DNA of 63,953 nucleotides, filler included, from Rhabdomonas costata (GCA_019059605.1; 35 parts of 35 records of this genome joined end to end with filler, not necessarily neighbours in it), one strand, 5' to 3'. Shown: positions 49,021-62,257, counted from the first letter of the whole stretch. Program-made: numbers and translations. Notes: generated from the sequence alone by a model not told the origin.

Positions 49021-49319
49021 TACAGAGTGCATATCATCGCATATAGACAAATGCATAGAGGCACTTTAAAATCAAAATATTTGCAAAAACCGCTTTTTTA
49101 CACTTTTACTAGCATCATTCAATTTTTTGATAATTCTAAATATTCGGATATTTCTCATAAATGGTGGTATTTTTACTGTCAAATCTCTGTTTCTAGTGCA
49201 TTATTAGTGCTTGAAGAACTGGACATATCAGTGACGCTTACGGTGTATTTGAGTTTATGTGAGGTGGTCATTTTAAGCGCTAATAATGCACTAGAAACAG
49301 AGATTTGACAGTAAAAACA
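49021..49319. mobile_element. AT-rich DNA-transposon/MITE-like fragment containing a 43-bp inverted repeat (49170-49212 / 49275-49317)
   Basis: Begins TA-CAGAGTG, similar to Tc1/mariner ends. The arms match at all but one position and the AT content is far above most of the window. Confidence 0.55.
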
Positions 49320-50034
49320 NNNNNNNNNNNNNNNNNNNNNNNNNNNNNNNNNNNNNNNNNNNNTTAATTAATTAANNNNNNNNNNNNNNNNNNNNNNNNN
49401 NNNNNNNNNNNNNNNNNNNGGGGGTGGGGGCAAAAAGTGAATTGGTCCCAGTGGGAGTACCCGTCCATTAATTCATTTTTTATGAAACGAGTTATTTTTA
49501 AAAAATGTATGCTGATTTTTTATATAAAAAATAGTCGAGATACTTTGAATACCTGGAAAAAGTCATTTACTGGTTTGCTAATCGTGTCCCCGGGCAGGAA
49601 TCGGAGCGGAGCCCGACCAGGAGATTTTGGAGGAGACGTGCTTGACGGAAAGTGTTTTCCAAGTGACAATGACCTTCTTTCTCACCCGGTCGAACCTTTT
49701 TTGCTTCGGGACGGAGATTCCTTCACGCATCTTCCAGCGTCTTTTCTTCATTGACCGGCCACAAGAGAGAGTTTCCAGGTCCCAAAGAAAGAGAAGAGCG
49801 AAAAGGAAGCGCACGAAAACCGATGTCCACTGCGACGATGGAGCACCTACAGCTGTCGCCCAAGACGGACTCGTGCTGTGTGGATGCGCTTTTGCTGGAG
49901 GCTGTGTTCCAGAGGGGGGTTGGGGCCCACAGCCAGCTCCCTGTGGACACCCTGGCTCAAGCCCTGCGGCATGGCACTCACCCGTGCACACCATACGCTT
50001 ACCTTGTGAGTTTAAGCAGAGTCGCCTGAGAAAG

Positions 50035-50065
<31 letters not shown>

Positions 50066-51063
50066 GAAAGAAAAGAAGTGAGGTGCTCACGGTTGATCCA
50101 TTTAACTCTCGGATCTTCACTCGCGTGTGTACAAACCTCACGGGTGAGGGGGTGTTTGTCCCTGCTTCCCCCAAACCGATTCGTCCAAGATTTCGGAACA
50201 TTTCAATTTTTGTGAAATTTCGCAACAGGTTGGGCACAGCTGACCTGGTGCTTACTTTGGACCCGTTTCCCCTCACTCAACAGCCGTGCCCGAAATCCGG
50301 GCTCTCTAGAATACACACGCGCTGGGACCTGCCCATGACAGGTGCTGGGCATGGTCGGCCCTGCTCGTTAGCAAAGCTTGACCCCCTCCCCCCGTAGGGC
50401 TGTTCTGTTGTACGTGTGACCCATGGATTACATCGCTGCCCCACTTGTTATTGGACTCAGCACCCACCCGAAGGTCGGAAAAGAGGGTGTTTCGGATGAC
50501 ATGCCAAGCTTGGAGAACTTGAACTATCGCATCAACTGGGTTTCGCTGGGCTCACAGGCGTCTCGGAGGCGCTCGTCAGTCCTCTCTCACATATGCTGGA
50601 ACCAGTTTACCCGGGCCTTGCCCAGTGTTTGGAGGAGTTGCGTGCCCGACTGGTGCCCTGAAGCTTCGCACGGGAAGGTTTTCATTGAGAATGTAGATTA
50701 GAGATGCAAAAGAACTGTGAACGAGATGGACCTAATGCTTTCCCATTCGGTTCGACGGACAACAACCCAGATTTTATTGTGTTTCCAGTGACGCCTCGGT
50801 GCCATGCACCGACGATCGCATGGCCGGCGACGCGCTTCAGGCCGTGCGCCAAATAGCTGGGGCTCCCCCGGAGCGCGATTGGGTTGACTTTGCGGAGTTC
50901 ACGGAGGTCGTGCAGATCCTCTTGTCCAGCTCGCAGGCGGGCATTGCCGTAGAGCCCAGCCAGGACGAAACGGTGGTGTCCTCTATCCATCTGTGTGCCG
51001 TGGTTGGTTGCTTTTTGTGCAATGGGTTTTCAAGAATTCATTGGTTTCCTGTCTTTTGATGAT

Positions 51064-51144
51064 ACTGTCCTGCACCTTTTGCACCACTGTCCTGCACCTT
51101 TTGCACCACTGTCCTGCCACCTTTTGCACCACTGTCCTGCCACC
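51064..51144. repeat. 22-23-bp minisatellite (ACTGTCCTGC[C]ACCTTTTGCACC), about 3.5 copies
   Basis: Directly visible. Confidence 0.95.
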
Positions 51145-53563
51145 AAAACANNNNNNNNNNNNNNNNNNNNNNNNNNNNNNNNNNNNNNNNNNNNTTAATT
51201 AATTAANNNNNNNNNNNNNNNNNNNNNNNNNNNNNNNNNNNNNNNNNNNNGTGGGGTGGGGGGTGAGATAAGATTGCATGTTTGCTGTTCAACAGCAACA
51301 GTTGTATTGTAAACTATGTGCATTCAGAAGGGCGACTTGAATAAAGGGACCAAAGGATGGGCCCATGTCCCCCTGCTGTCCTGGGGTGTTCCCCTGGGGT
51401 TCTCATTTTTCCGTGGGCAACGACTGGGCGTGAAACTGTGGAAGTGCGGGCTGTGATTTTTTTTTTTTGCGGTTGTGGGCTCTCTGATAGAATTTGAGAG
51501 AGGATGTCTTCAGTGCGGTTCCTCTGTAACGTCCGCTTCGTTCATTTGCGGTCTTGCTTATACTGCTACTTCATGATTGGTTTAGTGGTTTTGGCGGTTG
51601 CTTCGGACACTCTTTCTGTGTGCACACGTCTGGGCTGCTCTGACGTGATTATTGTTTTCTCGCACTCGTGCTCTTTTGTGGTTGGACAAGCGTGCCTACT
51701 AGTAGGTGCAGTCCACTGAACTCTTATCCCCCCGTTTCACATATTTTTGACTTTGCAAATAGAGCCTCCGTTTTTCTTTTCTCTCGGATCGGTATTGGGG
51801 ATACCTTCTTCTTTTATGCGTCGATACCACACAACCGGTCACCACTCCGTGCTCTCTTTTTTTCTCTCTCTGCGATCTGCCACGCGTTTTTGCGCCGCAG
51901 TTTGAAAGCAGGCAAGGCAAGTGGGAATGCGACCTTCGCTGGAAGGGCTTGCGCCCTGCCTGTTGCTGGGGTCAGGCGTTTTTACACGTACACCCCCCCC
52001 CGCCCTCGCCTACGTGTTGGCGAGCCTGCCATGGACGAAGTTCCTTTGTAGTAAAGTCGAGGTTTGTCCGCTTTCCCGCTCGCATACGCACCATCGTACC
52101 ACGCCCTTCCTGTTGATCACCTGGTGATTTCAGGAGCAAGTGCTGTGTTGAGTGGTTTTGATTTGTTTTTCTGCTGCCGTTGCCTCTGAGAAACGAGGCT
52201 CTCTCTCCTTTCTCTACAGCAGCAGAGGTTGGTGGTTCTGGTTGTGTTTGCTGGTTAGACAGTGGATTGGCGACACGCTGCTGCATCGCGTGGTATCGGA
52301 CAACACTCAACGTTGAGCGCATTTGTCTTTTTTTTCATCGGGAGCATCGCTGCTCGATTTGGGAGTTAACTTGCTGATCGATGCTCGCAAAACTGCACGG
52401 GCTCCTTTGTGAAGTCGGTATGGGTTTCCCAGACAAGCTTAGATCTGCATTTCACAACGAGGTTCGCGGCACAGCGTCACCACTGTTCAGTGAAAGGTCC
52501 ACGTGCAAACAGCAAACAGAAAACAGCAAACGGCAAACGGCGAACAACCCACAAGAAACAAGAAAGAACGGGAAACGTGTGCAGAGCTCAGAACAGAATA
52601 CGAGATTTTCATATGTGTCCATCGAAGACTGCTGGTGTGCTTTGCAAACAACGGTTGAAAAAAATCAGGATACCGGTATGCGCAGAAATAACATGACATT
52701 AAACCTGGAAGCATTTCGTTAGGAGAAGAGGCCAGAACATTGCTCTTCAGGAACGGAGTCTGCAGACCGGAACCGTTCTCCGCACCAGTGGCACTGTGAT
52801 GCAACGAACACCGGCAAGCGTACAATTTGCTCCTCGTTTTGTCAGCCAGTCCCCATTGATCCGTTTTACAAGCTCGACTATTTTATCTGAGCTCAAAACG
52901 AGTGAAAACCAAATCAAAGCAATGGCAACGCCGCCCACGCCCTCCCCGCATTGTGGGACCTACACTCGGTTCCAACCCCNNNNNNNNNNNNNNNNNNNNN
53001 NNNNNNNNNNNNNNNNNNNNNNNTTAATTAATTAANNNNNNNNNNNNNNNNNNNNNNNNNNNNNNNNNNNNNNNNNNNNATTAGTGTGGAGCAGCACGGT
53101 AGTTTTGACAGATGTCGGGGAGGGGGGGGTCTAAACTTTTTCATGAGGACATCCCCTCACCAAAACCGATAATCCCTCGCGCATAAGCCACGAGAAAGCA
53201 GAAAAGAAGCCAACGCCGCCACAAGTACGCAAACAGAAAAGCAGTGGCATGGTCGTATCACCGAACATAACAACCATAGAAACGCACAGGGGCACCAAGG
53301 ATAGCTTTGGACTCAACACAAACTCGCTGAAACACTGCTGAGGGTCCAGCCCCCAACAACCTGTCGAACTCTTTGGAGAAGGGCTCAAAAGGATAACAGG
53401 GCACGTTGTGCACGAGGAGCAATCCATAATGAGGAGTGATCCACGAGGAGCGATCCATAATCGACAGCGCTCGTGCGAAACGCATTTCAAAACGAACTAG
53501 AGTGTGGGGTGAGGAGCGGAAAGAGTGGCAGCCAGTTAGATGCAGAAGACAGAGACGGGAAAC

Positions 53564-54419
53564 CTTAAGCAAGGCCTTCCGCACGTTGTGCAGCACGCGC
53601 ACGTCCACCTCGGAAGTAAGCATAATCCCGTACCTCAGGTCATCGGATAGAGGGGGAAACACCCCCCCGCTGGCGTCGATCCCCGCATTCATAGCATCCA
53701 AGGAGTTTCCGCCCAGCATTTGCCGGGCGCCCGGAAGCCTGCGGTTGCGGAGCCTTTTCAGCTGCCGCGCGCTAGCGTAGGCTTGCTTCAGCCGCACATC
53801 CACCAGCTCATCATCACTGCCGTCGCAAAAAGATGGGGAAAACTGTGTTTGGGCATGCCGTCCAGCCAGCTTGTGAGTGTGAGCGAGCCAGTGACTAAGT
53901 GAGTGAGTGCGTCAATGCGAGAGCGCACTTCTTTGCAATAACTACCACAGCAATAAACTTTGCTTGGATTTGTGAGGCAAAATAGCCCCAGCATTTCAAA
54001 AAAAACATAGAACCGCGTCTGTAGCTGAGTATTGGAATGAGACGATGGGCCCAGAGTCATTCAATGGTCACAGTCAGACATATTGTGTGGAACGCCACTG
54101 GGCAGTCAGTTTTACCAGCAGTGGTTCGGATTATTGGAACTGTTTTTGTCCTTACACAATGCGCATGGCACTGGTATGGTTGAGGGGGGTGACGGCAGAC
54201 CTCGTCGCCTTCTGTGCGTTGTCCTCGGCTGGCAGGAACCTCTCCCAGCCCCCCCACACATAGCGCTGGGCCAGGCTGAGCTCCACTGTGTCCAGGTTCA
54301 ACAAGGTTTCGTAGAGTCCCAGCTTCGCCCGCATCGCGTCGCGAAGCTTGCCCACGGTCAACCCTCCCTCCACCACCGGCTGCCCCGCAGGAAGCTCATC
54401 AAACACATACTGGAAGCTC
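53564..54419 (-). CDS. Uncharacterised protein, internal exons
   Basis: Exons 54419-54240 and 53816-53564 are phase-compatible and GC3-rich: SFQYVFDELP...YVWGGWE(S)DDELVDVRLKQAY...RKALLK|GT. Confidence 0.65.
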
Positions 54420-55014
54420 CTGCATGTATACGCATATGCATACAAGCATAATATGACTCTGTAAGAGCATTGAAACCTGGGACTGCCTGAGCCATTCACC
54501 CGCGCTCCTCCAAAGCTAAATGAGGGGGGGGGGAGATTATCACAAATAACAGTGGCAATCACTAAGGCATGTAGGCTCTCACTCAGGGGTTTTTACCGAA
54601 ATCGCCCTCTAACTCCCCACCTGCCGAACTAGGCCAAAAGTTTTCCGAGCTCTTTGTGATTACCACATCCCCCCCACCAATCCAACTAGCGTTGGTTCCA
54701 TGTATTTAGTTCACTGGCACTTGGCGACTGAGTGTGCTTCGCCCGCGAGAGGAACCCCATGACATTCATTTTCGCCCGACTTGAGAATAACCCTGAGAGC
54801 CATACACGNNNNNNNNNNNNNNNNNNNNNNNNNNNNNNNNNNNNNNNNNNNNTTAATTAATTAANNNNNNNNNNNNNNNNNNNNNNNNNNNNNNNNNNNN
54901 NNNNNNNNGTTGGGTGTGAGTGAGTGAGCTTGTGGTTAAGTGTGTGTGTGTGTGTGTCGGTTGCTCCCTCTTTTGTGCGGTGGTGGTGGCGGGCTCTCCT
55001 CTATGCGTATGCAG

Positions 55015-55731
55015 CAAGAAGAGACCGTCCGAAAATGCGAAAAGCTCCAGAGATTGCGGTGGATCCTCCCAAGGTCACTCTCCTTGTTTCTGCTCTGCCT
55101 CTTCCCTCTGGTTTGCATAATGTAAAAACCAAAAACGACATTTTTGCCTCCCTTGTATCTCCCGTGGGCATGATCTCGAGGTGGAAGTGGTTTATCTTGC
55201 AGTTTTGTTTTTTCTACCGTGGACTCCTTACTCACCAAAAGTAACGTTAGTTTTGTTTTGTGAATTGTGGACGTGGACATTGAGCTTTTATTGGCCAGTG
55301 TTTACAACGTGTTTGCTATCCGAAACTGGTCAAAGTGCGTTGCTGGGTGAGCCTGCAATTAATAGGAACTACGCCAGCAAGGAAAGCATATTGCAAACGG
55401 TTTTCTTTTGGGGCCTGGCCTATGTCTGCAAATGAAGAGCAATGAACCAGACGCTGGCTTGGCCTTACTATTCAAGCACAGTCTGCCTGAACTGCACGTG
55501 TCCCAATGACTCTGTACACAAAATTGGGGGTCTTTCACTGAATCACTGAATCACTGAATCTGGATGAACAGGACTTTGCGGCCTTTGTGCCTTCAGTCGT
55601 TGGGATTGGGTCTACGTTGCTTTGATCTGTAATATGTTTGTTCAGGTCCTTCCAAAGCGGACAAGGAAGCTGCCGCGCTGCAAAGGCTGGCTGCACTTCG
55701 GGCATCACAAAAGCAGCGTGGTCGGACATAG
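55015..55731 (+). CDS. Uncharacterised protein, last two exons
   Basis: 55015-55073 joined to 55646-55731 gives KKRPSENAKSSRDCGGSSQG|PSKADKEAAALQRLAALRASQKQRGRT*. Confidence 0.4.
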
Positions 55732-57373
55732 GCCGCTGTTCTTACGTGCCACTGGTGGCTGATGGTGCAACTTTTGAAAAGGGGAACTTTGCTCCTCGTT
55801 CAGGACTCAGAGCCTCTCCTCAGCGTCGCTTCTTCTTTTTCTTTCCATTGCGCTGCGCGATTTGCCGTTCCTCGCCGGATGCTCTTAGGATTTCGCTAGT
55901 TGTACTGTGTGCGTGCGTGCTGATGCTATTTTGTGGTGGCTGTAGAACGGTGCACACCTTCGAGAAGAACCTTCCTGCCACGGTTGAATCAACCCCCTTC
56001 AGTATGAGAAAATCTCCAGATGAATTGTCCAACATGACACTTCTTGGAGTGCGCCAAGCCAATCATGTGAGATCCATTCATCTCATGCTTTTATACTGGT
56101 GCAGGCACCCGCGGGGTACAAGCAGCGATTGCGGCGCTTTTTGCACATTTGAATTCCGCTTTGCTGTGATACGATACCCGAAAAGAGCAGCCCCCCCCCC
56201 CGGAGTTCGTTGGTGCAACACTTGTGGGGACATCCGACAGGTTGTTCATTGTGTATTGCTGCGCTTGTAAGTGTTCTCATGTCTTCTCTTCAGTTAGTTC
56301 TTTTGCTCAGCCCTGGTTTCTTTTAACGACTCAAAAATGCCATTGCACAAATGATTCTGCACAATTATTCCGCAGCTCCCTGCCACCGGACACTGACTCC
56401 GAGTTTGAGTCTAGCTGTGTTGTTGATGGTTCTGGTGGGCGTGCTGCCAACTTCCTGGGCTGCCCCAGAACAACGCTCCTCCCAACATGTAGCTGAGCCC
56501 TTCACCTCCCTCCTACGTAAGGTGCACAGCCCCAAAGTCATGCTAATGATACTGCGGGAGCTCGATATCATCTTTTTCCGTCAAGCCCTTGAGCACCGCT
56601 GGGCCAACCTCACCTCTGACCTTGTGCGGGCCCTTCGNNNNNNNNNNNNNNNNNNNNNNNNNNNNNNNNNNNNNNNNNNNNTTAATTAATTAANNNNNNN
56701 NNNNNNNNNNNNNNNNNNNNNNNNNNNNNNNNNNNNNTTTTTGTCGTCCCTGGGAGTCTTCCTGCCACCCCTTCTAGCTTCGTTCGCAGGCCTACAAAAT
56801 AATACCCCGAAGAGAGGCATGCCCTTTTCCGTTCAAAGCCCTTCACGTATGGTCCCCGCGGAGATGAACCGGTGAAGATCGGATACCAGAGTGGGGTCCA
56901 CACTTGAAGGGACCAGGAAATCTGAGTTTTACGCGCAACATCACAGGCTGACTAGCCATGTTACAACATTTTGACTGGGACCTTTCAACTCAAAAATGCA
57001 ATTTGGGGTGACAAAACAAAGAGTTAGCTTTTATCCATTCAGTTCATTTCTGTATGCTCGCACACCGCAAGGGATCTCAGAATATCAACTGCTGAATTCT
57101 GTCCGTACGGCGCTTCCGTGTTCGATCAGTTTTTTGTACAGCAAGTTGCGCAGAAGCAGTCCCCCCCCCTTTTTTTTTTGAATATGTGCACATTCCTACC
57201 TTACTTGGGTTGCCCCACAGTTGCATTGAATGGAACTACAAGAGGGCGGCACGGCCACGCGGAAAGGGGACAGGGGAAAGGGGATTACGGCCAAGCAGGG
57301 AAGAAGAACTAACCTTTTCTGTGCACTCGGGTTTTGGAATGAACGAAGAACGGGAAGGGAAAAGCATTCGGAC

Positions 57374-57625
57374 CGGTTTGAAGCGAATGATCCGGCCGTC
57401 CCCAAGGCCTGTGTAAATCAAGCCATTCTTGTCCACAGCGAACCCCTCCGGACCGTGCACCTGTCCCTCGAAGAGGTGCTCTGCCGCGCCCAGGCGGTGA
57501 TTGGGAACCAGCTGGGGCAGGGGCCCCCCATACTCGAACAACGCAGGCTCCAGCTGCGGCCCCACAGCCAGCCTCCACCCCAGAAGGGCGGCCAGCACGG
57601 CGAAGATCCAGACCACCCACGACAT
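57374..57625 (-). CDS. Strictosidine synthase-like / APMAP-like protein, first exon
   Basis: Signal anchor MSWVVWIFAVLAALLGW, then N.RL..AE.LFEGQVHGPEGFAVDKNGLIYTGLGDGRIIRF. Confidence 0.9.
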
Positions 57626-58566
57626 TCCGAGAAGCGAAAAAAAAAACGGCTGCGGGAGAAGTAAGTGGGCAACCAGAAGGAACACACCACCCAGACTCGA
57701 GGTGCAGTGTGAAGGACCCGCACACCACAAGAAGAAAGGGAAGGGGGGCCCCACAAGTTTTCAGGCTTTCACCATTGCTGCGTTTGTAAGGAGTCACGAT
57801 TTTGCTCTCTGTCGATCCAAGGAGCCGGCATACAACAAACAACTTGCTATTCTTAAACAGGGCATATTCCAATCCAGACATGTCCTCCCGTCTGACAGTT
57901 GCATCAGGGAATCAGGAAAGAAAATCAACAAAAGGCCAAAAGGTTTGCATGGAGTGCCCCGTCAGTATTCCAGAACAGGGCAGCTCGTAAAAAAACATAC
58001 AAAAAATTGGATAACGAGAAAAAAGTTGGTCATGCAGCGCTTCGAAAGAAACGCTACTACTGAGCAGAGGTGCCCTCTTCCGGCTCCGGTGGCGTCGAGG
58101 GCGGAGGAGGGGGTAGCGTGTCTCTCGGGGGCCGCCTGTGCCGACCCCGCGCACGCCTGCCACCGTCCCCCTTGCACTGATGCCGCAACCCCTGCGCACA
58201 TACGTGCAAAGTGGTGAAACGTGTGGTGTGCCCCAACACAACAGAGATATACTATCGCCTATCGTTCATAGAAATCAAGAAGAGGGGAATCACAACTCTG
58301 GTAACCGTTACCCCCCCCCCAAATAAAAAACAATTGGGCCAGCACGAAATATCTCGCCGCACTCCTGACCGTTGACCATGGTTGCAAGAGAGGCTGACAA
58401 GAAGGGGAAACCCCAAAACACCGTCGATTGGATCCATGTGGACTTTAAATAGTGTTGTCGTACACANNNNNNNNNNNNNNNNNNNNNNNNNNNNNNNNNN
58501 NNNNNNNNNNTTAATTAATTAANNNNNNNNNNNNNNNNNNNNNNNNNNNNNNNNNNNNNNNNNNNN

Positions 58567-59849
58567 TTTTGACTTTCGGCTGGGGGTCAATCGCAAGATT
58601 GACGAGAGGGTATCTGTCAAATCCCCCCCTCTCTTCCTCGCGTGTGGACGCAAAGCAACAGACGCGTTCACAGATTCGTGCAAAATCTCACACCGTAATA
58701 TTCAGCTTTCATAAGCCTTTTTGGGGGATGTGAATTAGTTGACGAGGGCCAAGCTGATAATTCATAAGCTTGGCTACAGTGAGCGGTTGCTTGTAACCTC
58801 AGAGAGCGAGGCCTCGAGAGGTTTCTAGGCCCTGGGCGTTAACGTTGCAGACCTTCAGTGGTCACTCAAGACGCTTTCCTGCGACTACTCACTGCTCCTA
58901 ATATTCTCTACCTCTTGCGGTTAAATTTGTGCCGTGAGGGCGCTGCCCCCCCCCCCGCTCGTTTTTGTATAGGTGGAATTTCCCATGGTCCTTGACGTGA
59001 GCAAGTACACAACCTCTGGAAGTTCCGCGGGAGGTACCGTCTACGACCTGGAGGGCGTTCTGGTACATTCGGGTACAGCAGATAGTGGGCACTACTACTC
59101 CTTCTGCTTGGACCGGGCCAGTGCCGCGAAGGTGCTTCCGCACACATACGCACATTTGCGTAACCCCCTTCATGGGTTTGTCAAGCACCCAACATCTGCG
59201 CACAAACGGCCCTTCTTGTCTGTTTTGGGTTGGCTTATCCAGCGTAGGACCTAAAAATTCAAGCACGATTCAAACAATCAAAGTGTTGATCTAACAAGAT
59301 CTGAAGTTGCGTCTGGTGGAAGTGCAAGCACAGTGCACAAAGCCACCTCAAGTGGTGCAGGACTCGTCCCGGTCTGCACCCTCATGAGCCGAGGCAGCCG
59401 TCGGTTTTCTCCCTTCTCCTGGATTCGTCATACGTGCACGTCTCCCCCCTTCCATCTCTTTGATTCCTCTCAGGGCAACCCGCGATGGTACGAATTCAAC
59501 GACAAGCTCATCCGCCCGTTCGACGTCAAGGCGGATCTGGAGCAGGAGTGCTTCGGGGGGTTCGCCTCTGTGATCTCCTGCACCCGCCCCTCGGGCTATA
59601 CCCCGACCTCCACCGCGCCGGCCTCCTCGTCCTCCACCTCAACCTCCTCGTCGTCGTCTTCATCCTCATCCTCGTCGACCTCCTACGCAGCTCCTAGCAC
59701 CCAGTCGGGGTTTCCCTTGCCCTCGGCCGGCACCGGGACAGCCACGCATCTCTCCCAGGGGCCTGGGATCGTCGCCGCAGCGCCATCTGCAACCATGCTG
59801 CGCACCAACAATGCGTACATGCTGTTTTACCACCGCAGGACACCTGGGG
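58567..59849 (+). CDS. Ubiquitin-specific protease (USP/C19; USP9/24/34-like), His-box region
   Basis: Exons 58567-58609, 58973-59131 and 59474-59849 give VEFPMVLDV...YDLEGVLVHSGTADSGHYYSF...WYEFND...ECFGG...NAYMLFY. Confidence 0.95.
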
Positions 59850-60395
59850 GTATGCTTCACTTAGAGTTGTTACCGAGAGTGTAATGTTGAAGTATGAAAA
59901 CAGCGCAATAAGACGATTTCGGCCTTCAAATACAATATGTATGTATGTTTGCGGAAGTGGTACGTCTTTGGAGGATAAATGCAAAGCACACCGGACCACC
60001 ATTCCAGAAGAAACGCGGTGCAGCCCAGCATTTGCTAATGAATAGAAGATATGGGAAACCGGAAAGAAAAAGCGCAATCATACTTTATTGAAGTCTTGAA
60101 GGCCTGAATCTCACGCGTTAAGTCTGAGTGATCCAGGTGACCCCCTTGGCCGGGTGACCCCCCCCCCACCGGTGCACCCGACCAGACCGGAGACATAACG
60201 TGGACCTTCCCGTTCTTCTCTTTATTGCTCTGAGGATGCATAGCCCAAGCAGTCAATGATGCCCTATTTTGTCGTGTTGTATGTCCCAAGTTAAANNNNN
60301 NNNNNNNNNNNNNNNNNNNNNNNNNNNNNNNNNNNNNNNTTAATTAATTAANNNNNNNNNNNNNNNNNNNNNNNNNNNNNNNNNNNNNNNNNNNN

Positions 60396-60720
60396 TTGTG
60401 GTGGTAACCCCAACCCTGCATATCAAAATCAAATATCTTTCAAAAATCCGAGGCACTGCAACCAGCAGGTCCGTCACTCACCCTCGAGCCTAAGACTCGG
60501 CAACCCTCTCAGGAAACGGACCTCAAGGCTGTGCAACTTTACAAGAGCCTTCGCTATTTCAAACCACTAGATGCCTCCGGCCCTGGTGGACTTCGAGCCA
60601 GTCACCTGGAGGCGTTTTGATGTGCCGAGCTCCGACGCGAAGACCTCTCTGGAGGAGCTTATGCTAAGGTGGAGACTTCCGTTTCCGGAGCTTTGCCCTC
60701 TTCGGGTGATTTTTTAACGA
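60396..60720 (+). pseudogene. CRE/SLACS-like non-LTR retrotransposon RT N-terminal remnant
   Basis: LYKSLRYFKPLDASGPGGLRASHLE matches the SF..gsa.GP.GLR..HL domain-0 motif and is followed by an in-frame stop. Confidence 0.6.
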
Positions 60721-61555
60721 TATTTTCAGCAAAAGAACAATAACTCATAAAACCAAGGAGAAACAAACATCAAAATGCCATACAGATAAAAAGCGTTCTA
60801 CAGCTTCCGTCAGTCACAGGATACAAGGCCTACGCACTGTTTCCAAACAATTGTTTAAGAGGAGGTGGTAAAATCCCACACGTCCTTCTTTGGTGCATGG
60901 GTGTGGGAATGCTGCTGTGTGGAGGCCATACTTCACTGGTGTATTGCGTTGTTGCTGTTGTCGCTGGGTGTGCTTGAGGCCCGTGCTTTACGGGCTGGTA
61001 CCCTGCTCCCTGCACCCCCCACCTCTCCTTGTATAAATAGGGCGTGCTCAGCTGGGGTGGCTCGCCCCCAAGCTCAGCACTGGCGAAAACAAGAAAAAGT
61101 AGAGCGACCGGGAGGATGACGCCATTTGGAAAAACGTTTCTTTTGTTTTTATGAAAGAACCAGGTTTTTTATACCCCTGTTTGTTCTGGTTCACTTGTCT
61201 TGCTGCACTGTACTGCAAGGCGCTGTTTTGGTCACCCCCCTCCCCCAAAAAAAAGAACACAAAGTAAAGCAGTGGGACATACCGCACTTGGGCACTGACT
61301 TTTCTTGCAAACCGGATAGTTCACGAGAACAACAATTATTCACTTTTCCTGCGAGTTTCCCTGCAAAAAAAAAGGGCACAAGACTCGAATGGCTCTTCGC
61401 CACGTCTCCAATACAGGTACAACGACGGTGCAACTTTACAGGCAAGGCTCAACTTTGAGTGACGGGGGAGGGGAGAAAATGAGGTTGTTGTGAGTCTGCT
61501 GTGCTTCAATGCACTGGGTTACCGAAAAACAGCAAGCGTCGTAAAAGCAAGAACA

Positions 61556-61960
61556 TCAGTTAGGACGCGGCGCATCGGGTTCCGACGCGTCTGACGTGTT
61601 CAGATCTTGGTCAGCTGCGTGAGGCGCAGTGGCTTGAGTCGGAGAAGCAGACATTGCTTCGGCGCGGGCAGAGCCGGCATTGGTGGTTTCCTCCGCTTCA
61701 CTGTCTTCTTCGATAGCAAATTCACCAGCAGTTTCTTGGTGGTCTCCTTCCTCGGCTTCATCGAAATCATCACCACCACCACCACCACCACCGTCACCAT
61801 CATCGTTGTCACTGTCAAAAAAGTCGACAGCGCCCACAACGGCTTGTGTCTCAGCGTCTTCAACTTGCGCACCAGACGAAGAAGGTCCCTCCTGTGCGCC
61901 TTCAGCTGAATTGTGGGCTGGAGAAGGCAAGCCGTCCACATTGAAGGTCACATGCAGGTC
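61556..61960 (-). CDS. Acidic, low-complexity terminal exon of an unknown protein
   Basis: Open D/E/G-rich frame ending in TGA at 61556. Confidence 0.45.
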   Translation of the reverse strand, partial: DLHVTFNVDGLPSPAHNSAEGAQEGPSSSGAQVEDAETQAVVGAVDFFDSDNDDGDGGGGGGGDDFDEAEEGDHQETAGEFAIEEDSEAEETTNAGSARAEAMSASPTQATAPHAADQDLNTSDASEPDAPRPN

Positions 61961-62257
61961 AGTTACTCGAGAGAGAAGTGCTCCACTGTGTCTTCTGCAC
62001 AAAAAGTGTGCTTGTTTGGGTGAGCGCGTTTCCAAACAGCAACCTAACCTGAAATGCATGTGTATGCGCAGCCAGACTGCTGTATGCGCAGCCAAACTGC
62101 TTAAAACGGTTTCGAACACAAACCNNNNNNNNNNNNNNNNNNNNNNNNNNNNNNNNNNNNNNNNNNNNTTAATTAATTAANNNNNNNNNNNNNNNNNNNN
62201 NNNNNNNNNNNNNNNNNNNNNNNNTTGGGTTTCCACGGAGGGGGAAGGGACGCCCTT

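Noticed and set aside
49578-50397. Overlapping 232-aa and 256-aa ORFs
   Set aside because: They cross an (AAAG)n tract, have no recognisable domain, and are probably chance ORFs or intron read-through.
51064-51144. 22-23-bp repeats as a CRISPR array
   Set aside because: The units are head-to-tail with no spacers, the context is eukaryotic, and there are no cas genes.
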